A DNA stretch of 33,932 nucleotides, taken from contig JAOPYP010000247.1 in NCBI GenBank assembly GCA_025964635.1, forward strand, positions 1 to 33,932, written 5' to 3'. This stretch comes from Actinomycetes bacterium (GTDB taxonomy: Bacteria; Actinomycetota; Actinomycetes; Streptosporangiales; Streptosporangiaceae). A model generated the notes under the pieces. That model was given only the letters and a program-made list of their open reading frames with translations. It was not told where the DNA came from and ran no database searches. Below, in pieces: positions 1 through 7,330 of the stretch (position 1 is the first letter of the stretch; each line of letters begins with the position of its first letter). Position numbers and translations under genes: made by a program.

Positions 1-377
1 GGGCCGGCCGGCCGGCCTTCACCTTCGCGCGCGGGCGGCCCGGCAGCGGCCGCGCGCGCCGCACGACTGTGCACCCGGCCACCGTAAGCGGGCTGTGGGT
101 GGCCGCCGTCCTCGGGCGTTATACGACGGTCCGCTGCCAGCTGGCCGCCCCGGAGGCAGTCCGTCTCATCGCGGTCGCACGGCCCGCCTGCCGGCTCGCA
201 CCCGTCACCGCCTGGCCCGCACGACGGTGACCACCCCTTCCGGCACCAACGGCTCTATCGCCGTGCCGGCCTACGGCGCCGCGAACCCGATCCGGCGGTC
301 ATCAGTACGGGCGCGCGCCCAGGGCCAGGGTGGGCAACTCGGCCATGGGCGCGCAGCTCCAGCGGGGCACCACGGGC

Positions 378-1235
378 TCAGCGGGCACCGCGGGCCCGGC
401 GGGCCACCACGGCCCGCGCGATCAGCGACAGGACGAGGATGCCCAGGATGAGAACCAGGGCGCCCGTCCAGGCCCGGGCCTGCTGGGCCGGGAACGGGGA
501 CCGTGAGTTGGCGAAGATCTCCAGGGTCAGCGCGGCCTCCGGCCCGTTGAAGGATCCCCAGCCCGCCAGCAGCTGATTGCCGAACGCGGTAAGCAGCAGC
601 GGAGCGGTCTCCCCGGCGGCGCGGGCGATGGCCAGCAGCACCCCCGTGGTGATGCCGGGCAGGGCGGTCGGGAGGATTACCGAGACGATCGTGCGCCACC
701 GGCGCACGCCGAGGGCCAGCGCGGCCTCCCGCAGCGCTCCGGGAACGAGCCGCAGCGCCTCCTCTGAGGTGCGCACGATGATCGGCAGCATCAGGATCCC
801 GAGCGCGAGGCCGCCCGCCCAGCTGGAGAAGGAGTGCGTCACCAGGACGATGGCCGTGAACACGAAGATCCCCACGAAGATGGACGGGATCCCGGTCATC
901 ACGTCGGCGAAGAACCGCACCACGGTGGCCAGCGGGCCACGGGGGTCGTACTCGGACAGGTAGACGGCCGCGAGCACCCCGATGGGCACGGACACCACCG
1001 AACCCAGCGCGACCATCTTGATCGTGCCCCGGATTCCGGCCCCGAATCCGCCCCCGCTGGCCGTCGCGACAAACGGCTCCGGCTGGGTGAAGAAACTCGC
1101 CGAGAGCTGGCCGGCCCCCTTCACGATGACATCGGCCAGGATGAAGCCGAGCGGGATGATCGCCACCAGGACCGCGACGATCATGGCTCCCGTCATGATC
1201 CGGTCCCGGCGGTGCCGGGCGGCCAGCGAGCTCAT
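378..1235 (-). CDS. pstA: Phosphate ABC transporter permease PstA
   Basis: Track ORF 378..1553 trimmed to the ATG at 1233-1235 (MSSLAARHRR...), which overlaps the pstC stop in an ATGA junction. The upstream 106 codons are Arg/Gly/Pro-rich read-through over pstC. Multi-TM permease with the loop EAALALGVRRWRTIVSVILPTALPGITTGVLLAIARAAGETAPLL typical of PstA. Gene order is pstS-pstC-pstA. Confidence 0.9.
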   Translation of the reverse strand: MSSLAARHRRDRIMTGAMIVAVLVAIIPLGFILADVIVKGAGQLSASFFTQPEPFVATASGGGFGAGIRGTIKMVALGSVVSVPIGVLAAVYLSEYDPRGPLATVVRFFADVMTGIPSIFVGIFVFTAIVLVTHSFSSWAGGLALGILMLPIIVRTSEEALRLVPGALREAALALGVRRWRTIVSVILPTALPGITTGVLLAIARAAGETAPLLLTAFGNQLLAGWGSFNGPEAALTLEIFANSRSPFPAQQARAWTGALVLILGILVLSLIARAVVARRARGAR

Positions 1236-2185
1236 GTGAGCCTCCCCCGCCGCTGGATGATGAGCCTGGCCGCGACGTTGATGACCAGGGTGATCACGAA
1301 CAGCACGACGCCCAGGGCGATGAGCGCCGCCTTGAACAGGGGCAGGCTCGCGGCCTCGTTGAACTGCAGGGCGATGTTGGCCGCGATCGTCGACCCCTGC
1401 TGGAACAGGTGCGGCGTGATCTTGTTCGGGATGCCGCCGATCAGGTAGGCGACGGCGATGGTCTCGCCCACCGCCCGCCCGAAGCCCAGCATCACCGCGG
1501 CCACCACGCCGGGGCGGGAGCGGGGCAGCACCGCGAGCCTGATCATCTCCCATCTGGTGGCGCCGAGCGCCAGCGCGGACTCGCGCTCATCGGCCGGGAC
1601 GGTCCGGAAGATCTCCCGGCTGATCGCCGAGATGATGGGGGTGATCATCAGGGCCAGGATCACCCCGGCCGTGGCGAAGTCCCGGCCCGACGCGAACTGG
1701 GAGAACAACGGGATGAAGCCGAGATGGCTGGACAGCCACTGCCAGATGGGCGTGACGAACGGGACGAGGACGAAGACCCCCCACAGCCCGTACACCACGC
1801 TCGGCACCGCAGCCAGGAGATCCACCAGGTAGCCCAGCCAGGTCCCCAGGCCCGGCGGGGCGGCCTCGGTCAGGTACAGCGCGATGAGCACCGAGACCGG
1901 GACGGCCAGCACGAGGGCGATGACCGAGGTGACGAGGGTCCCGTAGATGAAGGACAGCCCCCCGAACTGATTGACGTTCGGGTTCCAGTTGTTGGCCGTG
2001 ACGATGCTGATCCCGGAATGAGAGAAGGCCGGCCACGCCGCCCAGGTGGTCCGGATCAGCATCCCGGCCAGCAGGATCAGCACGATGCACGCGCAGGCGG
2101 CGGTCGCGAACCGGAACAGGGTGTCTGCGGGCCGCCTGGCCCTCCGGCGGCCGGCGGCCAGGCGGCCCGCAGAGAGTACGGTCAT
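1232..2185 (-). CDS. pstC: Phosphate ABC transporter permease PstC
   Basis: Full track ORF with ATG at 2183-2185. Multi-TM permease with ESALALGATRWEMIRLAVLPRSRPGVVAAVMLGFGRAVGETIAV, typical of PstC. Its stop overlaps the pstA start. Confidence 0.9.
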   Translation of the reverse strand: MTVLSAGRLAAGRRRARRPADTLFRFATAACACIVLILLAGMLIRTTWAAWPAFSHSGISIVTANNWNPNVNQFGGLSFIYGTLVTSVIALVLAVPVSVLIALYLTEAAPPGLGTWLGYLVDLLAAVPSVVYGLWGVFVLVPFVTPIWQWLSSHLGFIPLFSQFASGRDFATAGVILALMITPIISAISREIFRTVPADERESALALGATRWEMIRLAVLPRSRPGVVAAVMLGFGRAVGETIAVAYLIGGIPNKITPHLFQQGSTIAANIALQFNEAASLPLFKAALIALGVVLFVITLVINVAARLIIQRRGRLT

Positions 2186-2203
2186 GGCGCCTCGAGCCCC
2201 AGC

Positions 2204-3286
2204 TCAGTGCACGGTCTTGAGCGCGGCCAGGTCCAGCGAGACCAGCTTGGACGGCAACGGGGCATAACCAAGCTTGGGAGCCTCGCCTTGCTGGGCCGAC
2301 GCCAGGTCCCAGTGCAGCCAGGCCTTCAGCTCGCTGCCCGTGGCCGTGTTCTTCTGCTTCTGGGCGATCAGGATGTAGGTCGGGGTCACCAGGGGGTAGG
2401 CCCCGCTGGCGGAGGAGTTGACGAGGCTGAACGTCAGCTCGGTCACCTTAGTCGGGTACGTGGCGGCCGCGGACGCCGCGTTGGTGGAGGCCGTGGACGG
2501 CGCGACGAACTGGCCCGAGGCGTTCTTCATCGACGCGAACGGGATGTGCCCCTGGGTGGCGTAGCCGTACTCGACATAACCGAGGGAGCCCTTGGTCTGC
2601 TGGACGGCGGCCGCCACGCCCGAGCTGCCCGTGGCCCCGGTGCCGGTGGGGAAGCTCGGCGTCTTGCTCGCGCCGACCTGGCTCGCCCAGGTGGGGGAGA
2701 TAGCCGACAGGTAGGACGTGAAGGCGTAGGAGGTGCCGGACGAGTCCGACCGCTCCACCGGCTGGATCGCGTCCGACGGCAGCGTGACCCCGGGGTTCAG
2801 CTTCTTGATGGCCGGGTCATCCCACTTCTTGATGGTGCCGAGGTAGATGCCCGCCAGCGCGGGCCCGTCGAGTTTCAGGTTCCGGACGGCCGGCTCGTTG
2901 TAGATGATCGCTATCGCACCGATGATCATCGGGATGTGCAGCGCGATGCTCCCCACGCCGGCCTGAGCGGCCGCCTGCTCGGTGCTGGTCATCGGAGCGT
3001 CCGTGGCACCGAAGTTCACCACGCCCTGCGTGAACTCCGAGATGCCGCCGCCCGAGCCGATGGCCTGGTAGTTGATCTGGGTGCCGTGGCTCGCCTTGTA
3101 CTGGCCCGCCCATTGCTGGTACATGGGCGCTGCGAACGTCGAGCCAGCACCGTTAATGGTCGAGGAGCCCGAGCCCGTCGTCGACCCGCTGGACGAACTG
3201 CACGCGGCCCCTCCTAGCAGGATGGCCACTGCGGCGACGCCCGCGGCCACCCGGCGTGAGATGGGCCCTCCCGGCACGATCCTCAT
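2204..3286 (-). CDS. pstS: Phosphate-binding lipoprotein PstS
   Basis: Track ORF 2204..3373 trimmed to the ATG at 3284-3286, which is preceded by AGGAGGAG. Lipoprotein signal VAAVAILLGGAAC. PstS-type motifs GAGSTFAAPMYQQW and YQAIGSGGGISEF..NFGATDAPM. Confidence 0.9.
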   Translation of the reverse strand: MRIVPGGPISRRVAAGVAAVAILLGGAACSSSSGSTTGSGSSTINGAGSTFAAPMYQQWAGQYKASHGTQINYQAIGSGGGISEFTQGVVNFGATDAPMTSTEQAAAQAGVGSIALHIPMIIGAIAIIYNEPAVRNLKLDGPALAGIYLGTIKKWDDPAIKKLNPGVTLPSDAIQPVERSDSSGTSYAFTSYLSAISPTWASQVGASKTPSFPTGTGATGSSGVAAAVQQTKGSLGYVEYGYATQGHIPFASMKNASGQFVAPSTASTNAASAAATYPTKVTELTFSLVNSSASGAYPLVTPTYILIAQKQKNTATGSELKAWLHWDLASAQQGEAPKLGYAPLPSKLVSLDLAALKTVH

Positions 3287-3335
3287 GACAGCTCCTCCTG
3301 GCCTGATGGCCCATCCCGCGCCTGCCTGCGCGGCC

Positions 3336-3357
3336 GGAGTTATGGACGGGTGAATTG
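3336..3357 (-). promoter_or_regulatory. Candidate PHO-box-like repeat upstream of pstS
   Basis: The minus strand reads CAATTCACCCGTCCATAACTCC. The first 11-mer has a TTCACC core like Streptomyces PhoP direct-repeat units; the second unit is degenerate. It lies 50-70 bp upstream of the pstS ATG in the 83-bp gap after the lipoprotein gene. Confidence 0.25.
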
Positions 3358-3369
3358 GCTTGATTGCTC

Positions 3370-4476
3370 TCATCGCGGGATAAAGGCCATTCCGTGCGGG
3401 TTGTTCATGCCGACGATGATCGGGGTGATCTGCCCGCTGCCGAGGCTGACCGTGCCGACGAAGCTGATGATGGTGGAGTCATTCGGCGCCGCCGTGAGCG
3501 GAGTGCCGGTGACCCACAGATTCGAGCAGGCCGAGAACACCCCGGAGGCGTTGTCCGCGATGATCATGCAGCCATTCGGCGACGTCGGCCACACCGTGTC
3601 ATCCACCGGGGTTCCCACCGGCAGGACCTTGACCTTCTGCGAAGCCGTCCCCGGGTGGCTGATGAACAGCAGCTGCTGGTCCCCCTGGGAGTCCAGCACC
3701 AGATTGCCCTGGGGGTCGATCATCATGGAGTCCGGGTCGGTGAGGGGCATGGTGATGCTCGTGACCGGAGGATTGAGGGTGGTCCCCGTCGCGCCGCCCT
3801 TCAGCACCGGGGTCAGGGTGGCCTTGGTCCCGGAGATCGTGACCTTGTCGAGGGCCGGGAACACGTTCTTCCCGGCGCTGTTGAGCGTGGGGTTGGACGC
3901 GTCGATGAACGCCATCCCGTTCAGGAACTGGATGTCGTCGAAGCCTCCGCCGTGCGGCGTCTTCGGCAGCGTGATCTGCGTAGGGGTGCTGCTGGACGGG
4001 GTGATGGTGTAGAGCCGGGGGTTTCCGTCCTCGTTGCACATCACCCACATCTGGCCGGTGCCCGGGTCCATCCGCATGCCGTCGGTGTGGCACCCGGTCC
4101 CGGCCGCCGGACCGCCGATGCTCCACGTCTTCACCAGCGCGCCGCTGGTGGTGTACTCGCCGATCGTGCTGGACTTGTTGTCCAGGCCGTCCTTGGCCGT
4201 GATGTTCTGCCAGCCGATCCAGATCTTGCCGCCGGCGTAGACCACGCTGTCCGGATGGTTGGCCTTCGACGTAGCCGGGATGATCAGGCAGACCTTGTAC
4301 CCGCTAAGGGCGGCCACGTTCGAGACCTGCGAGGCCGATTGACAGCCGCTGCTGTTCGCTGAGGTGGTCGTGGCCGTGCCGCCCGAGCTGGCTGAGCTGC
4401 TCGAGCAGGCCGCGACCGCGAGCCCCAGGGCCGCCGTGGCCGCCGCGGCCTTGGTGAGCGTGCTGAACGTCTTCAC
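3370..4476 (-). CDS. Secreted lipoprotein of unknown function (repeat-rich, beta-propeller-like by composition)
   Basis: Track ORF 3370..4521 trimmed to the GTG at 4474-4476, which has an AAGAGG RBS 7 nt upstream. Lipobox ALGLAVAAC followed by a Ser-rich linker. Third-position GC is high throughout. No catalytic motif recognised. Confidence 0.75.
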   Translation of the reverse strand: MKTFSTLTKAAAATAALGLAVAACSSSSASSGGTATTTSANSSGCQSASQVSNVAALSGYKVCLIIPATSKANHPDSVVYAGGKIWIGWQNITAKDGLDNKSSTIGEYTTSGALVKTWSIGGPAAGTGCHTDGMRMDPGTGQMWVMCNEDGNPRLYTITPSSSTPTQITLPKTPHGGGFDDIQFLNGMAFIDASNPTLNSAGKNVFPALDKVTISGTKATLTPVLKGGATGTTLNPPVTSITMPLTDPDSMMIDPQGNLVLDSQGDQQLLFISHPGTASQKVKVLPVGTPVDDTVWPTSPNGCMIIADNASGVFSACSNLWVTGTPLTAAPNDSTIISFVGTVSLGSGQITPIIVGMNNPHGMAFIPR

Positions 4477-4510
4477 CGGAATACCTCTTTCTAGTGCCCG
4501 GCGTTCTGCT

Positions 4511-4548
4511 GAGGAGGCCAATACGTCGTGGTGCCGAGGAGGCCAATA
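4511..4548. repeat. Perfect 13-bp direct repeat GAGGAGGCCAATA x2 (4511-4523 and 4536-4548)
   Basis: Read directly from the sequence; the two copies are 25 bp apart start to start. They lie in the promoter region of the minus-strand lipoprotein gene and the far-upstream region of pstB. Confidence 0.9.
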
Positions 4549-4772
4549 AGTTCTGGGCAGGCTGAACTAGCCTCAAAGCCACGGTGTTTTCGCGGGCCGC
4601 TTTACTTATTACGTGGTCAGGTGTGGCCTGCCCGAGGCGGAAGGGGTTTATTGTGGGCCGCGCTTCCAGGGCAGCCAGTTACCGGGCTGCCCTGTGGCCA
4701 CGAGTCTTACGACACAACATGGCCGGCAGGTGAAATCCGGGACCGCTGTAGGTAAAGAAAGTACATCTAACT

Positions 4773-4789
4773 GCTACATATTCTGTAGA
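4773..4789. promoter_or_regulatory. BlaI-type operator-like palindrome GCTACAT-ATT-CTGTAGA
   Basis: The right arm is identical and the left arm matches 5/7 to the TCTACAG-N3-CTGTAGA sites at 18618, 18638 and 5870. It sits in a conspicuous A/T-rich patch (4745-4795) about 125 bp upstream of the first possible pstB start. Confidence 0.45.
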
Positions 4790-4915
4790 GGTTGCCCGAT
4801 CGAGCTGGCCAGCAGTAGTACCTGCTCCGTTAGCCTGGCGTTCGCTCAGGGTTTACCCGGGCTATTCGCCTGGGCCCGCACGGTGTCCTATTATTCGCGG
4901 TACCTGACGGCCGCG

Positions 4916-5806
4916 ATGGGGCTAGCGCAGACTGTGCGCCGTTCTGTTTTTCCGCGTGGTTTTTCTGGGAGGTTCGCGGTGGCAATCCAGCCCGGTCCCG
5001 AGGATCTGGTCCCGGTGGGCGGCGGCCCGCCTGGCCCCCGGCCAGACGGTGCCGCCGCCTTGGTGGCCTCCGGGCTGAACGCCTGGTTTGGCTCCCTCCA
5101 GGTGCTGAAGGACATTAACCTGATCGCTCAGGCGCAGTCGGTGACGGCTCTCATCGGCCCTTCCGGAAGCGGCAAGTCCACCCTGATCCGCTGCCTCAAC
5201 CGGATGCACGAGGAGGTCCGGGGCGCGAGGGTCACCGGCACGGTGCTCTTCGACGGCACCGATATCTACGCGCCCGGCACCGACCCGGTGGAAGTCCGCC
5301 GCCGCATCGGGATGGTCTTCCAGCGGCCCACCCCGTTCCCCACGATGAGCGTCCTGGACAACGCCGTGGCGGGATTGAAGCTCGGGGAGAGGCTGGGCAA
5401 GAGTGAGCTGCGCGCCCGCGGCGAGGATGCCCTCCGCAGAGCGGGCCTCTGGGACGAGGTCAAGGACCGGCTCGGCGACTCCGGGGCGGCGCTCTCCGGT
5501 GGCCAGCAGCAACGGCTGTGCATTGCCCGGGCGCTCGCCGTCCAGCCCGAGATCCTGCTCATGGACGAGCCCGCCTCCGCGCTCGACCCGGGGTCCACCC
5601 GCCGGATCGAGGAGCTGATCGAGAAGCTCAAGATCGAGTACACCGTGGTCATCGTCACCCACAACATGCAGCAGGCCACCCGGGTGGCCTCGCAGACCGT
5701 GTTCATGCTCGACGGCCAGGTCGTGGAAACCGGGCCCACCGATGTGATCTTCAGCCATCCGTCCGACAAGCGGACCGAGGACTACGTGCACGGGCGCTTC
5801 GGCTGA
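4916..5806 (+). CDS. pstB: Phosphate ABC transporter ATP-binding protein PstB (orphan, divergent from pstSCA)
   Basis: Track ORF 4613..5806 trimmed; the first 101 codons have poor codon usage. Candidate starts are ATG 4916 or GTG 5015. Walker [10 protein letters not shown], then [23 protein letters not shown], signature [14 protein letters not shown], Walker [13 protein letters not shown]-loop VTHNMQQA and C-terminal EDYVHGRFG, all characteristic of PstB. Confidence 0.85.
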   Translation: MGLAQTVRRSVFPRGFSGRFAVAIQPGPEDLVPVGGGPPGPRPDGAAALVASGLNAWFGSLQVLKDINLIAQAQSVTALIGPSGSGKSTLIRCLNRMHEEVRGARVTGTVLFDGTDIYAPGTDPVEVRRRIGMVFQRPTPFPTMSVLDNAVAGLKLGERLGKSELRARGEDALRRAGLWDEVKDRLGDSGAALSGGQQQRLCIARALAVQPEILLMDEPASALDPGSTRRIEELIEKLKIEYTVVIVTHNMQQATRVASQTVFMLDGQVVETGPTDVIFSHPSDKRTEDYVHGRFG

Positions 5807-5869
5807 GCCACGGCCCGGGGCCACGCACCTCCCCGGGTCACGGAACGTCCGTATAGTGTCGAGGGATGT

Positions 5870-5886
5870 TCTACAGGATCCGTAGA
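5870..5886. promoter_or_regulatory. BlaI-type operator-like palindrome TCTACAGGATCCGTAGA upstream of dedA paralog 1
   Basis: Matches the site at 18638-18654 at 15 of 17 positions. It lies 20 bp upstream of the GTG start at 5907 and just downstream of a TATAGT -10-like hexamer (5852-5857). Confidence 0.6.
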
Positions 5887-5906
5887 AGCAGGCGGGGGCC
5901 GGCCTG

Positions 5907-6530
5907 GTGAGTACCAGCCACCTCATCACCAGCTACGGCTACTGGGCCGTGTTCGTCCTCGTCGGGCTGGAGAGCCTGGGCATCCCGCTGCCCGGTGAGA
6001 CCGCCCTGATCATCGCGGGGGCCTACGCCGGCAGCACCCACAACCTGTCTCCCTGGGCCATCTTCGCCGTTGCCTCCGCGGCGGCGATCGTCGGCGACAA
6101 CATCGGCTTCTGGATCGGCGGCACGGGTGGCTACCGGCTGGCCCGCGCCTACGGGCCCAAGATCCGGCTGGACGAGCGGAAGCTGAAGATCGCCCGGTAC
6201 CTGTTCGACACCTACGGCCCTAAGGTCGTGTTCTTCGGCCGGTTCACGGCCCTGCTGCGCACCTACGCCGCGTTCCTGGCCGGCGCCAGCCGGATGAGCT
6301 GGCGCCGGTTCCTGCCCGCCAACGCCGCGGGCGGGATCGTGTGGGCCGGGATCTACACGACCGCGGCGTACCTCGCGGGTGACACGCTGCGCCGCGTGTC
6401 CGGCACCATCAGCGTGGTGCTCACCGTCGCCGGGGTGCTGGCCATCGTGGCCGGGGGGCTGTTCATCCGCCGTCAGATGCGCAAGCTCGCCCCCCGGGCC
6501 GAGGCCGCCTACCCCGGCCCGCTCGACTAA
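5907..6530 (+). CDS. dedA: DedA family membrane protein (paralog 1)
   Basis: Full track ORF with a GTG start. N-terminus ITSYGYWAVFVLVGLESLGIPLPGE and FFGRFTALLRTYAAFLAG match DedA/SNARE-associated family hallmarks. Alignable with the second DedA at 16854..17489. Confidence 0.85.
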   Translation: MSTSHLITSYGYWAVFVLVGLESLGIPLPGETALIIAGAYAGSTHNLSPWAIFAVASAAAIVGDNIGFWIGGTGGYRLARAYGPKIRLDERKLKIARYLFDTYGPKVVFFGRFTALLRTYAAFLAGASRMSWRRFLPANAAGGIVWAGIYTTAAYLAGDTLRRVSGTISVVLTVAGVLAIVAGGLFIRRQMRKLAPRAEAAYPGPLD

Positions 6531-6595
6531 TGGCCGCCCGGCCTGCCCGGCCCGCCTGCTCCGCTGGCCCCCACTGGTCCGGCGCCCCGTCCGCC

Positions 6596-6614
6596 GCTCA
6601 CATCGTGCTCACAT
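6596..6614 (+). promoter_or_regulatory. Direct repeat GCTCACAT x2 with 11-bp phasing upstream of response regulator 1
   Basis: GCTCACATCGT GCTCACATGTG at 6596-6603 and 6607-6614, the geometry expected for OmpR/PhoB-family binding. TAGCCT (6625-6630) lies 6 nt before the ATG at 6637, which suggests a leaderless or near-leaderless transcript. Confidence 0.45.
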
Positions 6615-6636
6615 GTGGGCCGCCTAGCCTGGTGTT

Positions 6637-7323
6637 ATGCGAGTTCTGGTCGTCGAGGATGAGGTGCGTACCGCGGCCTTGCTGAGGCGGGGGCTGTCCG
6701 AGGCCGGGTACAGCGTGGACGTCGCGGTGGATGGCCCGGATGCCGTGTGGCGGGCCAGCGAGTTCAGCTATGACGCCGTGGTGCTGGACGTCATGCTGCC
6801 CGGCTACGACGGCCTGGAAGTGTGCCGCAGGCTGCGCGGCCGCGGCCGCTGGGCCCCGGTGCTGATGCTGACCGCCCGGGACGACCTGGCCGCCCGGGTC
6901 CGCGGCCTGGATTCCGGAGCCGATGACTACCTGGCCAAGCCGTTCAGCTTCGATGAGCTCTTCGCCCGGCTCAGGGCCCTGATCCGGCGGGGCGCGCCCG
7001 AGCGGCCGACCCTGGTGCAATGCGGTGACCTGCGGCTGGATCCCGCTACCCGGCGGGTGTGGCGCGGCGACATAGAACTGGCGCTGTCTCCGAAGGAGTT
7101 CGCGCTGCTGGAGTTGTTCCTCCGGCATCCAGGCCACGTGCTGACCCGCACCCGGATCCTGGAGCACGTCTGGGACTTCTCCTACGACGGTGGCTCTAAC
7201 GTCGTCGACCAGTACGTCGGCTACCTGCGGCGCAAGATCGACCGGCCGTTCGGGGTCACTCAGCTGGAGACGGTCCGCGGAGTGGGCTACCGGCTGCGGG
7301 ACGCCCCGCCCGGGACGGGCTGA
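6637..7323 (+). CDS. OmpR/PhoB-family response regulator (pair 1)
   Basis: Full track ORF. Receiver domain (VVEDE, VLDVMLPGYDG, LMLTAR, KPF) plus winged-helix output (LSPKEFALLELFLRHPGHVLTR, VWDFSYDGGSNVVDQYVGYLRRKID, VRGVGYRL). Confidence 0.92.
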   Translation: MRVLVVEDEVRTAALLRRGLSEAGYSVDVAVDGPDAVWRASEFSYDAVVLDVMLPGYDGLEVCRRLRGRGRWAPVLMLTARDDLAARVRGLDSGADDYLAKPFSFDELFARLRALIRRGAPERPTLVQCGDLRLDPATRRVWRGDIELALSPKEFALLELFLRHPGHVLTRTRILEHVWDFSYDGGSNVVDQYVGYLRRKIDRPFGVTQLETVRGVGYRLRDAPPGTG

Positions 7324-7330
7324 GCCGGCC

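Noticed and set aside
1-230. Possible 3' end of a plus-strand gene (frame 3, stop TGA 228-230), or the 5' end of a minus-strand gene running off the left edge
   Set aside because: Third-position GC is high in the plus frame, but the 75-aa translation is Arg-rich with no motif. A minus-strand frame is also open over 1-110, so this cannot be resolved without flanking sequence and is left unannotated.
1-377. Search for a pstB-like gene downstream of pstA
   Set aside because: I translated both strands by hand and found no Walker A or any NBD motif. Only very short ORFs are present (for example the 14-aa MAELPTLALGARPY).
1409-3217. 602-aa plus-strand ORF
   Set aside because: It is antisense to pstC and pstS. 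The translation is Arg/Gly/Asp/Pro-rich low complexity with no motifs, which is the usual long antisense frame in high-GC DNA. The minus-strand genes have clear Pst motifs.
3364-4362. 332-aa plus-strand ORF and other long antisense ORFs (4922..5929, 6598..7530, 10216..11688, 12010..13491, 14463..15707, 16656..17510, 19026..20312, 23068..24075, 24220..25224, 25261..26115, 27970..29217, 29276..30277, 30300..31139, 31402..32817)
   Set aside because: Each lies opposite a gene with unambiguous family motifs, and each translates to Arg/Gly/Pro/Asp-rich sequence without recognisable domains.
4613-4915. N-terminal extension of the pstB track ORF, and the 75-aa ORF 4528..4755
   Set aside because: Codon usage is poor with many A/T-ending codons (TTA, ATA, AGT) in a region that looks regulatory. 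PstB homology needs only about 260-297 aa.
7190-7330. Upstream extension of the HK1 track ORF overlapping RR1
   Set aside because: It overlaps the RR1 C-terminus in another frame. ATG 7331 directly precedes the first TM segment and lies 8 nt after the RR1 stop.
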